DNA of 61,787 nucleotides, the filler included. It is 7 parts of 7 records of this genome, joined end to end, with 100 filler letters (N's around TTAATTAATTAA, not from the genome) between each part and the next. Parts side by side here need not be neighbours in the genome. Positions count along the whole stretch, not along the records: positions 55,879 to 61,787 come from DRR723986_4261; 6 more parts are not named here. One strand, written 5' to 3'. Below are positions 61,617-61,787 of this stretch, in pieces. The notes beneath the pieces were generated by a model. The model had not been told where the DNA came from, did no database searches, and was given only the letters and a program-made list of their open reading frames with translations. Positions within the stretch are counted from its first letter, which is position 1. Each line of letters opens with the position of its first letter. The translations under genes were made by a program, and so were the position numbers.

Positions 61617-61787
61617 TGTCAGACTGAGTCCGTAAGCCATTGAGTGTCGTTGTTGGAATATTGTGGCAAGTCCAGAAAACTTCAAAATCAAGGCATTAAG
61701 ACTGAGTGGCTATTCCGGCAGGTTGAGCGTCGTCGATTTAGAGATTAGCGGCCAAAAAAATTTGAACTGTAAATTCTCCACCCGGGG

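Overview
This window is not one locus. It is seven unrelated contigs joined by artificial 100-bp spacers (44 N + TTAATTAATTAA + 44 N); taxonomy below is inferred from gene content only. C1 (1-5336, alphaproteobacterial): trmFO, a glutaredoxin-MauE fusion with a divergent MerR-family regulator, sodB, a DEAD-box helicase. C2 (5437-13223, Rhodobacteraceae-like): metK, trmB, aroA, two GFA genes, cmk and accessory genes. C3 (13324-35304, Marinobacter-like): norCB-[4Fe-4S gene]-norD, cadR with a short CDF transporter, BCCT+USP, two photolyase/cryptochrome genes interrupted by a double-HAD and an SBP-Cache gene, hemN, a NIT chemoreceptor, ubiUV, yeiH, then NrdR boxes and a truncated cobalamin riboswitch. 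C4 (35405-42223, Rhodobacteraceae-like): SET protein, fold-IV transaminase, agmatinase-family enzyme, crotonase, Tat-M28 peptidase, MoxR. C5 (42324-49430, gammaproteobacterial): peroxiredoxin, ald, MBL hydrolase, DUF3604, pcm, LOG, argG. C6 (49531-55778): addB-addA. C7 (55879-61787, FCB-group-like): an ORF with a partial T9SS tail, a DoxX-like/His-rich protein, TPR-LuxR and LuxR. No rRNA, tRNA, CRISPR array or transposase was seen. Best candidates for undescribed biology: the tandem HAD with D-W-H catalytic motifs plus SBP-Cache fusion inside the photolyase cluster; the two-Cys MerR with a mer-type operator driving Grx-MauE; the repeat-flanked TPR-LuxR/DoxX block; and a 3'-intergenic repeat shared by three contigs. 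All family calls come from motif recognition by eye, not database searches.
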